A stretch of 64,000 nt of DNA. Origin: Macrostomum hystrix. Its lineage: Eukaryota > Animalia > Platyhelminthes. The DNA is taken from the NCBI GenBank assembly GCA_950097015.1, contig CATNEN010000038.1, positions 17,050,001 to 17,114,000 on the forward strand, written 5' to 3'. Under the pieces are notes generated by a model. That model ran no database searches. It was not told where the DNA came from and saw nothing but the letters and a program-made list of their open reading frames with translations. The position numbers were made by a program, and so were the translations under genes. The first letter of the stretch is position 1. Each line of letters starts with the position of its first letter. Shown here piece by piece: positions 12,640 to 23,600 of the stretch.

Positions 12640-13010
12640 TTCAGCGTCATTAAGGCAATCTGATGTTGGCATTGTTAGCAGGCGCAGATTCCCACTGACG
12701 TCAGGTACCAGACCACCGAAGTAGACGAACTGCTGACAGTGGGGAAGCTTCTTTACTTGCCTGGCAGAATACTGCGGCCTCGAATTTGCCTGGCAAGCAG
12801 AGCTGACGGTCTTCCCAGTGTTGACCACGAGGCCGACGCTCGCTGAAACCAGCGCTGTGTGCCGTCTACGGTCGATGACAGCAGGGCGAGGTCATCGACG
12901 TAGCTAAGCACACTGAGTCACCTTTCCGGTTAACGTCGGAAGCCACGCGTCGCCGCATTAGGAAGCAATCTCTATCGGTAGGAAAATCCTGCATGAAAAG
13001 CCGCCAAGAT
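12640..13010 (-). mobile_element. Decayed non-LTR retrotransposon (LINE, RTE-like) reverse transcriptase fragment
   Basis: Across frameshifts the minus strand reads VLSYVDDLALLSST (YxDD at 12902-12891), then VGLVVNTGKT, then LPHCQQFVYFGG. This is the order of RT domains 5-7 in LINEs. Confidence 0.75.
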
Positions 13011-13117
13011 CCGTAAACTTGTCTCCAATTAGAGTCAACGAACAACGAGAAAAACGAGAATCTGACTCTCAAGAAAGCAGAGATAGTAGGTACTGCATCT
13101 GGCTTAAGATGGGTCTA

Positions 13118-13537
13118 CGACGTTTGCCAGCGGACGTTTGCCAGCGGACGTTTGCCAGCGGACGTTTGCCAGCGGACGTTTGCCAGCGGACGTTTGCCAG
13201 CGGACGTTTGCCAGCGGACGTTTGCCAGCGGACGTTTGCCAGCGGACGTTTGCCAGCGGACGTTTGCCAGCGGACGTTTGCCAGCGGACGTTTGCCAGCG
13301 GACGTTTGCCAGCGGACGTTTGCCAGCGGACGTTTGCCAGCGGACGTTTGCCAGCGGACGTTTGCCAGCGGACGTTTGCCAGCGGACGTTTGCCAGCGGA
13401 CGTTTGCCAGCGGACGTTTGCCAGCGGACGTTTGCCAGCGGACGTTTGCCAGCGGACGTTTGCCAGCGGACGTTTGCCAGCGGACGTTTGCCAGCGGACG
13501 TTTGCCAGCGGACGTTTGCCAGCGGACGTCTGCCAGC
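13118..13537. repeat. 14-bp perfect minisatellite (~30 copies)
   Basis: Unit GACGTTTGCCAGCG, essentially invariant. Confidence 0.98.
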
Positions 13538-13789
13538 CACTAAGTCGAACTATAGTTGAGCTAATTGAACTACCACTATCCGAACCGGAAGAGTTTAGTG
13601 TGAATACTGGCAAACAAAATGTTATTACCTAACTGTACGAGTACATGTATACGATTACCGTATGATAGGCTCAATAATTGAGTAGAATAGAAGTATGATG
13701 CATTCAAAACTAGTACACTAATTCTCCCAGCCCATTTATCTTCAAACAAACAATGAGATACGAGGCTCGTAAATGCCTCAAAATACAAA

Positions 13790-14167
13790 ATTTGCAGCTT
13801 AAACGTTGGCTGGTAAACTTCGCTATTTCGCCTGAGATAACACTGACATAGCTATCTTGCGCTGTTTTGACGAAGTCATCAGTAATGAAGTGAAGCGAGC
13901 AAATGCGAGAGTACTTGGTGTGCTCAAACTCCTTCTTTCTCTGACCTGAGTTTGTCATAAGTGGCTTTATAAGTGGATATTCGGGAAGCCACTCTTGCAA
14001 CCGAATGCAGAAAACTTGTTCGCCATAGTGACGCACTTCACAAACGAAATTACTAATGTCCGAGTAAACAGTCAACTTTTGTGTAAGAATAAATTTGCGT
14101 ACCCAATTCAATTCAAATTGGTGCCACTGCGAATACGGTCGTGGCAGTTCTGAAACAAGTGTCTATG
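13790..14167 (-). mobile_element. Decayed THAP-domain DNA transposon remnant (P/Galileo-like)
   Basis: ATG at 14026 gives MANKFSAFGCKSGF (THAP N-terminus with the first Cys lost). A second frame gives FEHTKYSRICSLHFITDDF (THAP CSxHF..DF). CATAGAC at 14167-14161 is a candidate element terminus. Confidence 0.65.
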
Positions 14168-14746
14168 GTAAAAAGTATTCGGACTGCCTCACTCAAACGC
14201 TACTAAAATAAATTCGAACTGTGTCTCCAAAGAAAGCAATGGCATGTTTAGGCGCATCGAGATGCGTGACGGCTGAAGTGGATATGTCTATTTGATGAGC
14301 TCCTGCACTCAGCTGAACACTGGCCTCATGTGGTAAAACAATTCTGACTTTCTTTTACTCAAAGTAAAAAGGATTAATGAGCTCAATTGTTGATTTGATT
14401 AGTCTTTATGTCAGAAACCAAGGACTACTAGGAGTAGATATGAACGAAAATATTTTTCCTATAAGAAACGCGATGGTGTGGATGTTTCTGTAGAAGGCCA
14501 TTTTGGCTTGATTGGACTTCAAATTTAGGCGTGTTTTGCAAAGCGTTCAAAGTGGAAGAATTTACACAACTTTAATAAATAAATTACGAAAAACATCTAG
14601 TGTGTTTGCTCGAAATAGACAAAAAATACGTAGATTGATGCTAAATACATTGAACGTTTTTTTAACAATGTTAGTATTCTACATATATTAGACACTGTAA
14701 GTACAATGAGTTCTTTAACTGCTGATATATCTCTGTGGTTGATTAT

Positions 14747-15199
14747 TCTGAATCTACTGCAATCAGTCATTCAGAATCTACCTGGCGCAATCAGTCTTTC
14801 AGAATCTACCTGGCGCAATGAATCATTCAGAATCTACCTGGCGCAATCAATCATTCAGAATCTACCTGGCGCAACCAATCAATCAGAATCTACCTGGCGC
14901 AATCAGTCTTTCAGAATCTACCTGGCGCAATCAATCATTCAGAATCTACCTGGCGCAATCAGTCTTTCAGAATCTACCTGGCGCAATCAATCAATCAGAA
15001 TCTACCTGGCGCAATCAGTCTTTCAGAATCTACCTGGCGCAATCAATCATTCAGAATCTACCTGGCGCAATCAGTCTTTCAGAATCTACCTGGCGCAATC
15101 AATCATTCAGAATCTACCTGGCGCAATCAGTCTTTCAGAATCTACCTGGCGCAATCAATCATTCAGAATCTACCTGGCGCAATCAATCATTCAGAATCT
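14747..15199. repeat. 28-bp minisatellite (~16 copies)
   Basis: Unit CAGAATCTACCTGGCGCAATCA(A/G)TC(A/T)TT, abutting the stop codon of the 247-aa ORF. Confidence 0.96.
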
Positions 15200-15217
15200 G
15201 CTGTTTATGTGCACAGG

Positions 15218-15961
15218 TCAGTGCACATAAACAGCCGAGTCGATGGACACTCTCCGTCTCTGCTGGCTCCTGACTGAACCGAGCGCTGTTGTCGTCGAGT
15301 TCATTGAATTCTGGTCGGCCTGTTTCCTGGTCGATTTTCTCGATGCTCCTGGCGGCGAGGCGTCCCTCAGCAGCGATCTGGCTGTCTGGCGAGCGGCCTC
15401 CTCCGCAATCTCGCCATCGTAGACGGCGTCCTCGCCTTCCAGAGCTTCGTCCAGCTCGGCAAAGCTAGACAGTTGGCCGGAGTCCGCCGAACCAAAGTGG
15501 CTCTTCTTCGATAGGAAGGCCACAGGCGGGCCATCAACCAGTGAGTGCACGGAGTGACGGCGCTCCGTGGACAGACTGCCGTGCCTCCGACCGCCTCCGC
15601 CCAGCACGGCCGGCTCGGACATTCGGCGCAGATGCGGTGGCAGCTGCCTGCTGGGCACCACGATGAACCTGGCGGCTGCTGCTTCGCGCATCGCGTTGAT
15701 GAATTCCTCGCTGGCGTAGGCAGCCAGTTCTAGGGTCGGCTTGCCGGACTCGCTGATCGACTTTAAACTGTCCTCCTGCTGCTGCTGCTGCTGCCGTTGC
15801 TGACTGCCTCGGCGTCGTTGTGTTAGAAACGGACGCCCGAGACCGGCCTGCATTGGCGGACCCTGGAGGCTCAGCGAGGGCACGGAGCTGCGACGACAGT
15901 GCGAGCCGTTGCTGGCAGAACTGCTGACAGACAGAATGGAGTTTCGCCGAGTTGACTGCAT
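15218..15961 (-). CDS. Uncharacterised 247-aa low-complexity protein rich in RRxS motifs
   Basis: Non-repetitive, GC-rich 744-nt ORF inside AT-rich flanks, with a polyQ tract. No domain recognised. Confidence 0.65.
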   Translation of the reverse strand: MQSTRRNSILSVSSSASNGSHCRRSSVPSLSLQGPPMQAGLGRPFLTQRRRGSQQRQQQQQQEDSLKSISESGKPTLELAAYASEEFINAMREAAAARFIVVPSRQLPPHLRRMSEPAVLGGGGRRHGSLSTERRHSVHSLVDGPPVAFLSKKSHFGSADSGQLSSFAELDEALEGEDAVYDGEIAEEAARQTARSLLRDASPPGASRKSTRKQADQNSMNSTTTALGSVRSQQRRRVSIDSAVYVH

Positions 15962-17222
15962 GCTAAGTTACTCACCAACTGCTCAGATGGTTGCTTGACC
16001 TCTTACGCTGGTATTTTTATGCAAGCTCAAAGTCTTTTGAACGAGTTCGCAACCTTTTTTTAAAGCAGCAGAATACGCAATCGCGCCGTATTTAAATTCA
16101 ACGGTTTGTTTTCTATTGTAGAATAATAAATAATAAATCTAATTGGACAAGCTCAAGGTCACGGGGTGGGGTGGGTGCCTTGGGCGGGGGTTTGGAAAGG
16201 ACCTGGGGCAGTGCACTAGTCTGCGTGTTGCTAAAAACTGCTACAGGCCGCGAACACGCCCACAATACACAGAAGCGATGGGAAAGACTGTATTACCTGA
16301 GCAGCCTACTCAAATATGGGAAATCCTTAGCCTGCTGTTTACTAGCTGGTGTGTGGTGTCAGGTGGCTTTGACGAAGCAATTCCTGACCGATGTAACCAC
16401 TCAACTCACACAATGGCGCTTCTGTTGTCCACCAAAAAGCAGAGGAAAAAGCCTTCATTATGTTTCTGCAGTTGAAAGCTTTTTGGGGTTTTCTCAGGTC
16501 ATGCTCAAAATGAGGCCTTCTCACCTCACAGCGGCCATAGCAACTGTGTTTCGCTTTTCAGCCTACGGGTCATTTTCTGCTGAGTGTTTACCTCGTTGCA
16601 ATTTAAAAATGGCTATTCATTTTAAGCCTGTTTTGTTTATCTTTGTGACAGCTTAAAACGAACCTCTGAATGTGTTTTTTGTTTAATGAAAACATATTTA
16701 CAATGTCCTGATTGCATTCCAGAGCCGATGATGTCTCAGCGATGTTTTTTAACAATGTGAAAGATGCTTTTTTAGAGTTTCTAAGAAATTTCACGTGAAT
16801 AGTGCACATCTTCTGCGGTCAAACGTGTAGATTTCCTTATATATTTCTCGTTGGTATACTTACCAGTGAGCACTTAGCATCAATTAACTAACGGTATTGA
16901 CAGAGTTTTTTTTGGTTTTGGATTGATTAAATTGTTATAGTTTTCATTTTTAACCGATATGGATTAGCCATTTATAACGGTTTATAACGAGCAATGTCAG
17001 TTTTTCATGTCACCAGGGTCTCCGACAGAATCGCTGAATGACGAATGCTGACGTATTTGAAAGTTAGTTTCATCGTATTGCTCAATTAACGTCTTGACTT
17101 ACTTACGACGTATTAAAACACGTAATGTTTATTTGTTATTTGTTATTTATATCGTATTCTATTCGTCATAGCGAACAAACAAGATAGTCTCAAGCCCATA
17201 AGCTAGCTAATCGTTAAGACTT

Positions 17223-20000
17223 AAGAGGGCAGAGGGGAGAGAAGGGGCAGAGGGGAGAGAAGGGGCAGAAGGGAGAGAAGGGGCAGAGGTGAGAGAAGGG
17301 GCAGAGGGGAGAGAAGGGGCCGAGGGGAGACAAGGGGCAGAGGGGAGAGAAGGGGCAGAGGGGAGGAGAGAAGGGTCAGAGGGGAGGAGAGAAGGGGCAG
17401 AGGGGAGGAGAGAAGGAGCAGAGAGGAGAGATGGGTCAGAGGGGAGGAGAGAAGGAGCAGAGAGGAGAGATGGGGCAGAGGGGAGAGAAGTAGCAGAGAG
17501 GAGAGATGGGGCAGAGAGGAGAGAAGGGGCAGAGGGGAGAGAAGGGGCAGAGAGGAGAGAAGGGGCAGAGGGGAGAGAAGGGGCAGAGGGGAGAGAAGGG
17601 TCAGAGGGGAGACAAGGGTCAGAGGGGAGACAAGGGGCAGAGGGGAGAGAAGGGTCAGAGGGGAGACAAGGGGCAGAGGTGAGGAGAGAAGGGTCAGAGG
17701 GGAGGAGAGAAGGGGCAGAGGGGAGAGAAGGGTCAGAGGGGAGGAGAGAAGGGGCAGAGGGGAGGAGAGAAGGGGCAGAGGGGAGAGAAGGGTCAGAGGG
17801 GAGGAGAGAAGGAGCAGAGAGGAGAGATGGGGCAGAGGGGAGAGAAGTAGCAGAGAGGAGAGATGGGGCAGAGAGGAGAGAAGGGTCAGAGGGGAGAGAA
17901 GGGGCAGAGAGGAGAGAAGGGGCAGAGGGGAGAGAAGGGGCAGAGGGGAGAGAAGGGTCAGAGGGGAGACAAGGGTCAGAGGGGAGACAAGGGGCAGAGG
18001 TGAGGAGAGAAGGGTCAGAGGGGAGAGAAGGAGCAGAGAGGAGAGATGGGGCAGAGAGGAGAGAAGGGGCAGAGAGGAGAGAAGAGGCAGAGGGGAGAGA
18101 AGAGGCAGAGGGGAGAGAAGGGGCAGAGAGGAGAGAAAGGGGCAGAGGGGAGAGAAGGGGCAGAAAGGAGAGAAGGGGCAGAGGTGAGAGAAGGGGCAGA
18201 GGGGAGAGAAGGGGCCGAGGGGAGACAAGGGGCAGAGGGGAGAGAAGGGGCAGAGGGGAGGAGAGAAGGGTCAGAGGGGAGGAGAGAAGGGGCAGAGGGG
18301 AGAGATGGGGCAGAGGGGAGAGAAAGGGCAGAGAGGAGAGATGGGGCAGAGGGGAGAGAAGGGTCAGAGGGGAGACAAGGGGCAGAGGTGAGGAGAGGAG
18401 GGTGAGGAGAGAAGGGTCAGAGGGGAGAGAAGGAGCAGAGAGGAGAGATGGGGCAGAGGGGAGAGAAGGGGCAGAGGGGAGAGAAGGGTCAGAGGGGAGA
18501 CAAGGGTCAGAGGGGAGACAAGGGGCAGAGGGGAGAGAAGGGTCAGAGGGGAGACAAGGGGCAGCGGTGAGGAGAGAGGGGTCAGAGGGGAGAGAAGGAG
18601 CAGAGAGGAGAGAAGGGGCAGTGAGGAGAGAAGGGACAGAGGGGAGAGAAGGGTCAGAGGGGAGAGAAGGAGCAGAGAGGAGAGAGGGGGCAGAGAAGAG
18701 AGATGGGGCAGAGGGGAGAGAAGGGTCAGAGGGGAGACAAGGGGCAAAGGTGAGGAGAGGAGGGTGAGGAGAGAAGGGTCAGAGGGGAGAGAAGGAGCAG
18801 AGAGGAGAAATGGGGCAGAGAGGAGAGATGGGGCAGAGGGGAGAGAAAGGTAAGAGGGGAGACAAGGGGCAGAGGTGAGACAAGGGTCAGAGGGGAGACA
18901 AGGGGCAGAGGGGAGAGAAGGGTCAGAGGGGAGACAAGGGGCAGAGGTGAGGAGAGAGGGGTCAGAGGGGAGAGAAGGAGCAGAGAGGAGAGAAGGGGCA
19001 GTGAGGAGAGAAGGGACAGAGGGGAGAGAAGGGTCAGAGGGGAGAGAAGGAGCAGAGAGGAGAGAGGGGGCAGAGAAGAGAGATGGGGCAGAGGGGAGAG
19101 AAGGGTCAGAGGGGAGACAAGGGGCAAAGGTGAGGAGAGGAGGGTGAGGAGAGAAGGGTCAGAGGGGAGAGAAGGAGCAGAGAGGAGAAATGGGGCAGAG
19201 AGGAGAGATGGGGCAGAGGGGAGAGAAAGGTAAGAGGGGAGACAAGGGGCAGAGGTGAGACAAGGGTCAGAGGGGAGACAAGGGGCAGAGGGGAGAGAAG
19301 GGTCAGAGGGGAGACAAGGGGCAGAGGTGAGGAGAGAGGGGTCAGAGGGGAGAGAAGGAGCAGAGAGGAGAGATGGGGCAGTGAGGAGAGAAGGGACAGA
19401 GGGGAGAGAAGGGTCAGAGGGGAGAGAAGGAGCAGAGAGGAGAGAGGGGGCAGAGAAGAGAGATGGGGCAGAGGGGAGAGAAGGGTCAGAGGGGAGACAA
19501 GGGGCAGAGGTGAGGAGAGGAGGGTGAGGAGAGAAGGGTCAGAGGGGAGAGAAGGAGCAGAGAGGAGAAATGGGGCAGAGAGGAGAGATGGGGCAGAGGG
19601 GAGAGAAAGGTAAGAGGGGAGACAAGGGGCAGAGGTGAGGAGAGGAGGGTGAGGAGAGAAGGGTCAGAGGGGAGAGAAGGAGCAGAGAGGAGAGATGGGG
19701 CAGAGAGGAGAGATGGGGCAGAGGGGAGAGAAGGGTCAGAGGGGAGACAAGGGGCAGAGGTGAGGAGAGGAGGGTGAGGAGAGAAGGGTCAGAGGGGAGA
19801 GAAGGGGCAGAGGTGAGGAGAGGAGGGTGAGGAGAGAAGGGTCAGAGGGGACAGAAGGAGCAGAGAGGAGAGATGGGGCAGTGAGGAGAGAAGGGGCAGA
19901 GGGGAGAGAAGGGTCAGAGGGCAGACAAGGGGCAGAGGTGAGGAGAGGAGGGTGAGGAGAGAAGGGGCAGAGGGGAGAGAAGGGTGAGAGGGGCGAAGGG
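17223..20000. repeat. Purine-rich ~18-bp minisatellite (GGGGCAGAGGGGAGAGAA-type), 2.8 kb, with 380-bp higher-order repeats
   Basis: Variants of an 18/21-bp unit; the 380-bp period is visible in the ORF offsets 18747/19127 and 18875/19255. Confidence 0.96.
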
Positions 20001-20026
20001 GCAGTTGAGAGACAGCACAGTCAGAC

Positions 20027-20280
20027 CTGATCCTGTGCGGCAGGAAGTTTTCTCTGTCCAGATAGTTGTTGAACTGTGCCAGCAGGGGATGGAACTGCCT
20101 GGCCCTGCGACTGCTCCAACGGTATTTTTAAACTGTTTTTTAAACAGAAGAACTGTTTTTTAATTGTACTTCTAGCTGTTACCTCTCGCCTATAAATCCA
20201 TCAGTAACAGAGACGAAGATTGTCTGTAGCAAAATGAACAGCAGCAGCAGCAGCAGCAGCGGTGGCAATCGCGATCTCAT
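20027..20280 (-). CDS. Neuropeptide precursor A (exons 1-2; last exon unresolved)
   Basis: Exon 20280-20183 reads MRSRLPPLLLLLLLFILLQTIFVSVTDGFIGE (signal peptide). A 72-nt phase-2 intron is followed by exon 20110-20027, SRRARQFHPLLAQFNNYLDRENFLPHRI+AG|GTCTGA. It aligns with precursor B (LLAx4Yx5FLxxRI) and has the same donor position. Confidence 0.65.
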
Positions 20281-20680
20281 TTTACATAATTAAATTTCTT
20301 TGCAAATCGAAATAGATTACTTTTTCAATGCTTGCCTTTAGTAGTGAAACGAGATAGTTACGGAGGATTTTTTAGATTATTATTCTTAAATTTTTTGTTT
20401 AAAATAATTAAAACAAGACCGCACTGTGCTACTCTTTCAGTAGGATGAACGGCAAGGGATGTCGTTTTTTATTTGTTGCACAATTTTATTCCTAAAGTAG
20501 ATTTATTCAAAGAAATACGAATTAAGAAACATAATCGTATTTTGCTTATATAAAGGTTGTTGACATTCTTTTTTAAGACGATAGTAAAATCTGTGTAGTT
20601 AGTTGCTGCAATTCTAATTTTTTCTGTCCTCGAGGCTTCCATGGAACGACCGCTCGCGATGAAATCCCAGTTTGGAAGGC

Positions 20681-23600
20681 CTAGCCCATACTGAAAGAAT
20701 TGTAAAATGAAATTGAGGCATATATCCATTCTATTCACTCTATTACATCATCCATCGGAATGGACTAGCAATCCATTCTATTCTTTGATCCATGGGAATA
20801 GACTAGCAATCCATTATATTCTTTGATCCATGGGAATAGACTAGCAATCCATTCTATTCTTTGATCCATGGGAATAGACTAGCAATCCATTCTATTCTTT
20901 GATCCATGGTAATAGTCTAGCAATCCAATATATTCTTTGATCCATGGGAATAGACTAGCAATCCATTCTATTCTTTGATCTATGAGAATAGTCTAGCAAT
21001 CCAATATATTCTTTGATCCATGGGAATAGTCTAGCAATCCATTATATTCTTTGATCCATGGGAATAGACTAGCAATCCATTATATTCTTTGATCCATGGG
21101 AATAGTCTAGCAATCCATTATATTCTTTGATCCATGGGAATAGACTAGCAATCCATTCTATTCTTTGATCTATGAGAATAGTCTAGCAATCCATTATATT
21201 CTTTGATCCATGGGAATAGTCTAGCAATCCATTGTATTCTTTGATCCATGGGAATAGTCTAGCAATCCAATATATTCTTTGATCCATGGGAATAGTCTAG
21301 CAATCCATTATATTCTTTGATCCATGGGAATAGACTAGCAATCCATTATATTCTTTGATCCATGGGAATAGACTAGCAATCCATTCTATTCTTTGATCTA
21401 TGAGAATAGTCTAGCAATCCATTATATTCTTTGATCCATGGGAATAGTCTAGCAATCCATTGTATTCTTTGATCCATGGGAATAGTCTAGCAATCCAATA
21501 TATTCTTTGATCCATGGGAATAGTCTAGCAATCCATTATATTCTTTGATCCATGGGAATAGACTAGCAATCCATTATATTCTTTGATCCATGGGAATAGA
21601 CTAGCAATCCATTATATTCTTTGATCCATGGGAATAGTCTAGCAATCCATTATATTCTTTGATCCATGGGAATAGTCTAGCAATCCATTATATTCTTTGA
21701 TCCATGGGAATAGTCTAGCAATCCATTATATTCTTTGATCCATGGGAATAGTCTAGCAATCCATTATATTCTTTGATCCATGGGAATAGTCTAGCAATCC
21801 ATTATATTCTTTGATCCATGGGAATAGACTAGCAATCCATTATATTCTTTGATCCATGGGAATAGTCTAGCAATCCATTATTTCTTTAATCCCCGACTAT
21901 CTCACCGAATCCGCTGGGTGAGGAAGTCGTTCTTGGCCTTATAATCGGCTAGTCGCGCCAGCAGCCTAGCAGCGTCAAAGGATCCAGCGCTGGTCCGTTT
22001 GCGCAGCAGCAAGTTGCGCACGAAATCGTTGTAATCGTAGCTCCTGGCAATGTTGGTGAGGAAATTAGAGAAATATAAAATCTTTGGTTTAACAGTAGAA
22101 AGACCACTTTGGCTGGTAATTAAAATAGACAAATTTAGAAAATGAAAATCTAGAACACGTACACGCTAAAACTTTTCGCTTTTTTCGATGAAAGGTATTT
22201 ACAGAATTACTAATCATCGGCGTCGTCAAGATATTCAACTATTCTCGATGCTGACGTCGGAAAGCTTTGATATTTTGCTCATCGTAAAAGGCAGAAAATT
22301 TAGATCCTGAGGAATAGACTAGCAATCCATTCGATTTCTTCATCAATGCTGATAGACTAGCAATCCATTCTATTCCTTTATCAATGCTGATAGACTAGCA
22401 ATCCATTAAATTTCTTCATCAATGCTGATAGACTAGCAATCCATTAAATTCCTTCATCAATGCTGATAGACTAGCAATCCATTAAATTCCTTCATCAATG
22501 CTGATAGACTAGCAATCCATTCTATTCCTTTATCAATGCTGATAGACTAGCAATCCATTAAATTCCTTCATCAATGCTGATAGACTAGCAATCCATTAAA
22601 TTCCTCTATCAATGTTAATAGACTACCAATCCATTCTATTCCTCTATCAATGCTAATAGACTACCAATCCATTCTATTCCTCTATCAATGCTAATAGACT
22701 AGCAATCCATTCTATTCCTCTATCAATGCTAATAGACTACCAATCCATTCTATTCCTCTATCAATGCTAATAGACTACCAATCCATTCTATTCCTCTATC
22801 AATGCTAATAGACTACCAATCCATTCTATTCCTCTATCAATGCTAATAGACTAGCAATCCATTCTATTCCTCTATCAATGCTAATAGACTAGCAATCCAT
22901 ATCCTATTCTGTCACGAAACTGTCTGCAACTTTTGTCTTTCCATAGTGCCATATTGTCCACAGACTGATGAGCTGTACACAGCCTTTGGAAGCGCCGCGC
23001 ACTATTGCGCTGCCCAAGAAGAGAAAATCTAGCCAAATTTCGAACCCATTTGAAGTCCAGGAGATTGCAGTTGTCAAAGTTGAAGTAACGGATGTCGGCA
23101 GGATGTTCTGGGTGGCAAACACAGCCGGTTCTGCAGCCAGCTGGGTGTCTGGTTTGACAGCCGACCAGTCAATGTCAACGGCTGAATCTTTTTTCCTTCA
23201 GATTTCAAAGTCGACAGGAAGTTGCTTGGATGGGCAAACACGCTGATCCGGGTGTGGGGGGCAATTTCAGCGTCTTTTGCTCACGGAGTTGAGCTTCAGG
23301 TGAGAACAAGCGGTAACTCAGTGAGCTATGTTGATTTAGTTTCTAGAAGAATAGGCTCATGCGTGTCAACAAGACAATCCTCATATTCGAAACTCTGTGG
23401 AAAGAACCGATTGCATTTTCAGTTGTCGAAAGACCCGATTGCATTTTCAGTTGTCGAAAGACCCGATTACATTTTCAGTTGTCGAAAGACCCGATTGCAT
23501 TTTCAGTTGTCAAAAGACTCGATGGGATTGCCAGTTGAAAGACTCGACGGGATTATCAGTTGTCGAAAGACTCGATGTTATTTTAAGCTGTCGAAAGACT

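Noticed and set aside
17221-19527. Long Glu/Gly/Arg and Leu/Ser/Pro ORFs
   Set aside because: Stop-free satellite open in several frames on both strands.
21975-21995. TSAGSF resembling the secretin/glucagon N-terminus (HSxGTF)
   Set aside because: Not shared by the paralogue, whose conservation is C-terminal; probably chance.
22965-23000. CTGATGA followed by hairpin GCTGT-AC-ACAGC
   Set aside because: No GAAA after the hairpin and no cleavage-site helix.
22905-23330. GC-balanced, coding-looking segment in the precursor B intron
   Set aside because: No recognisable domain and no phase-compatible splice sites; left unassigned.
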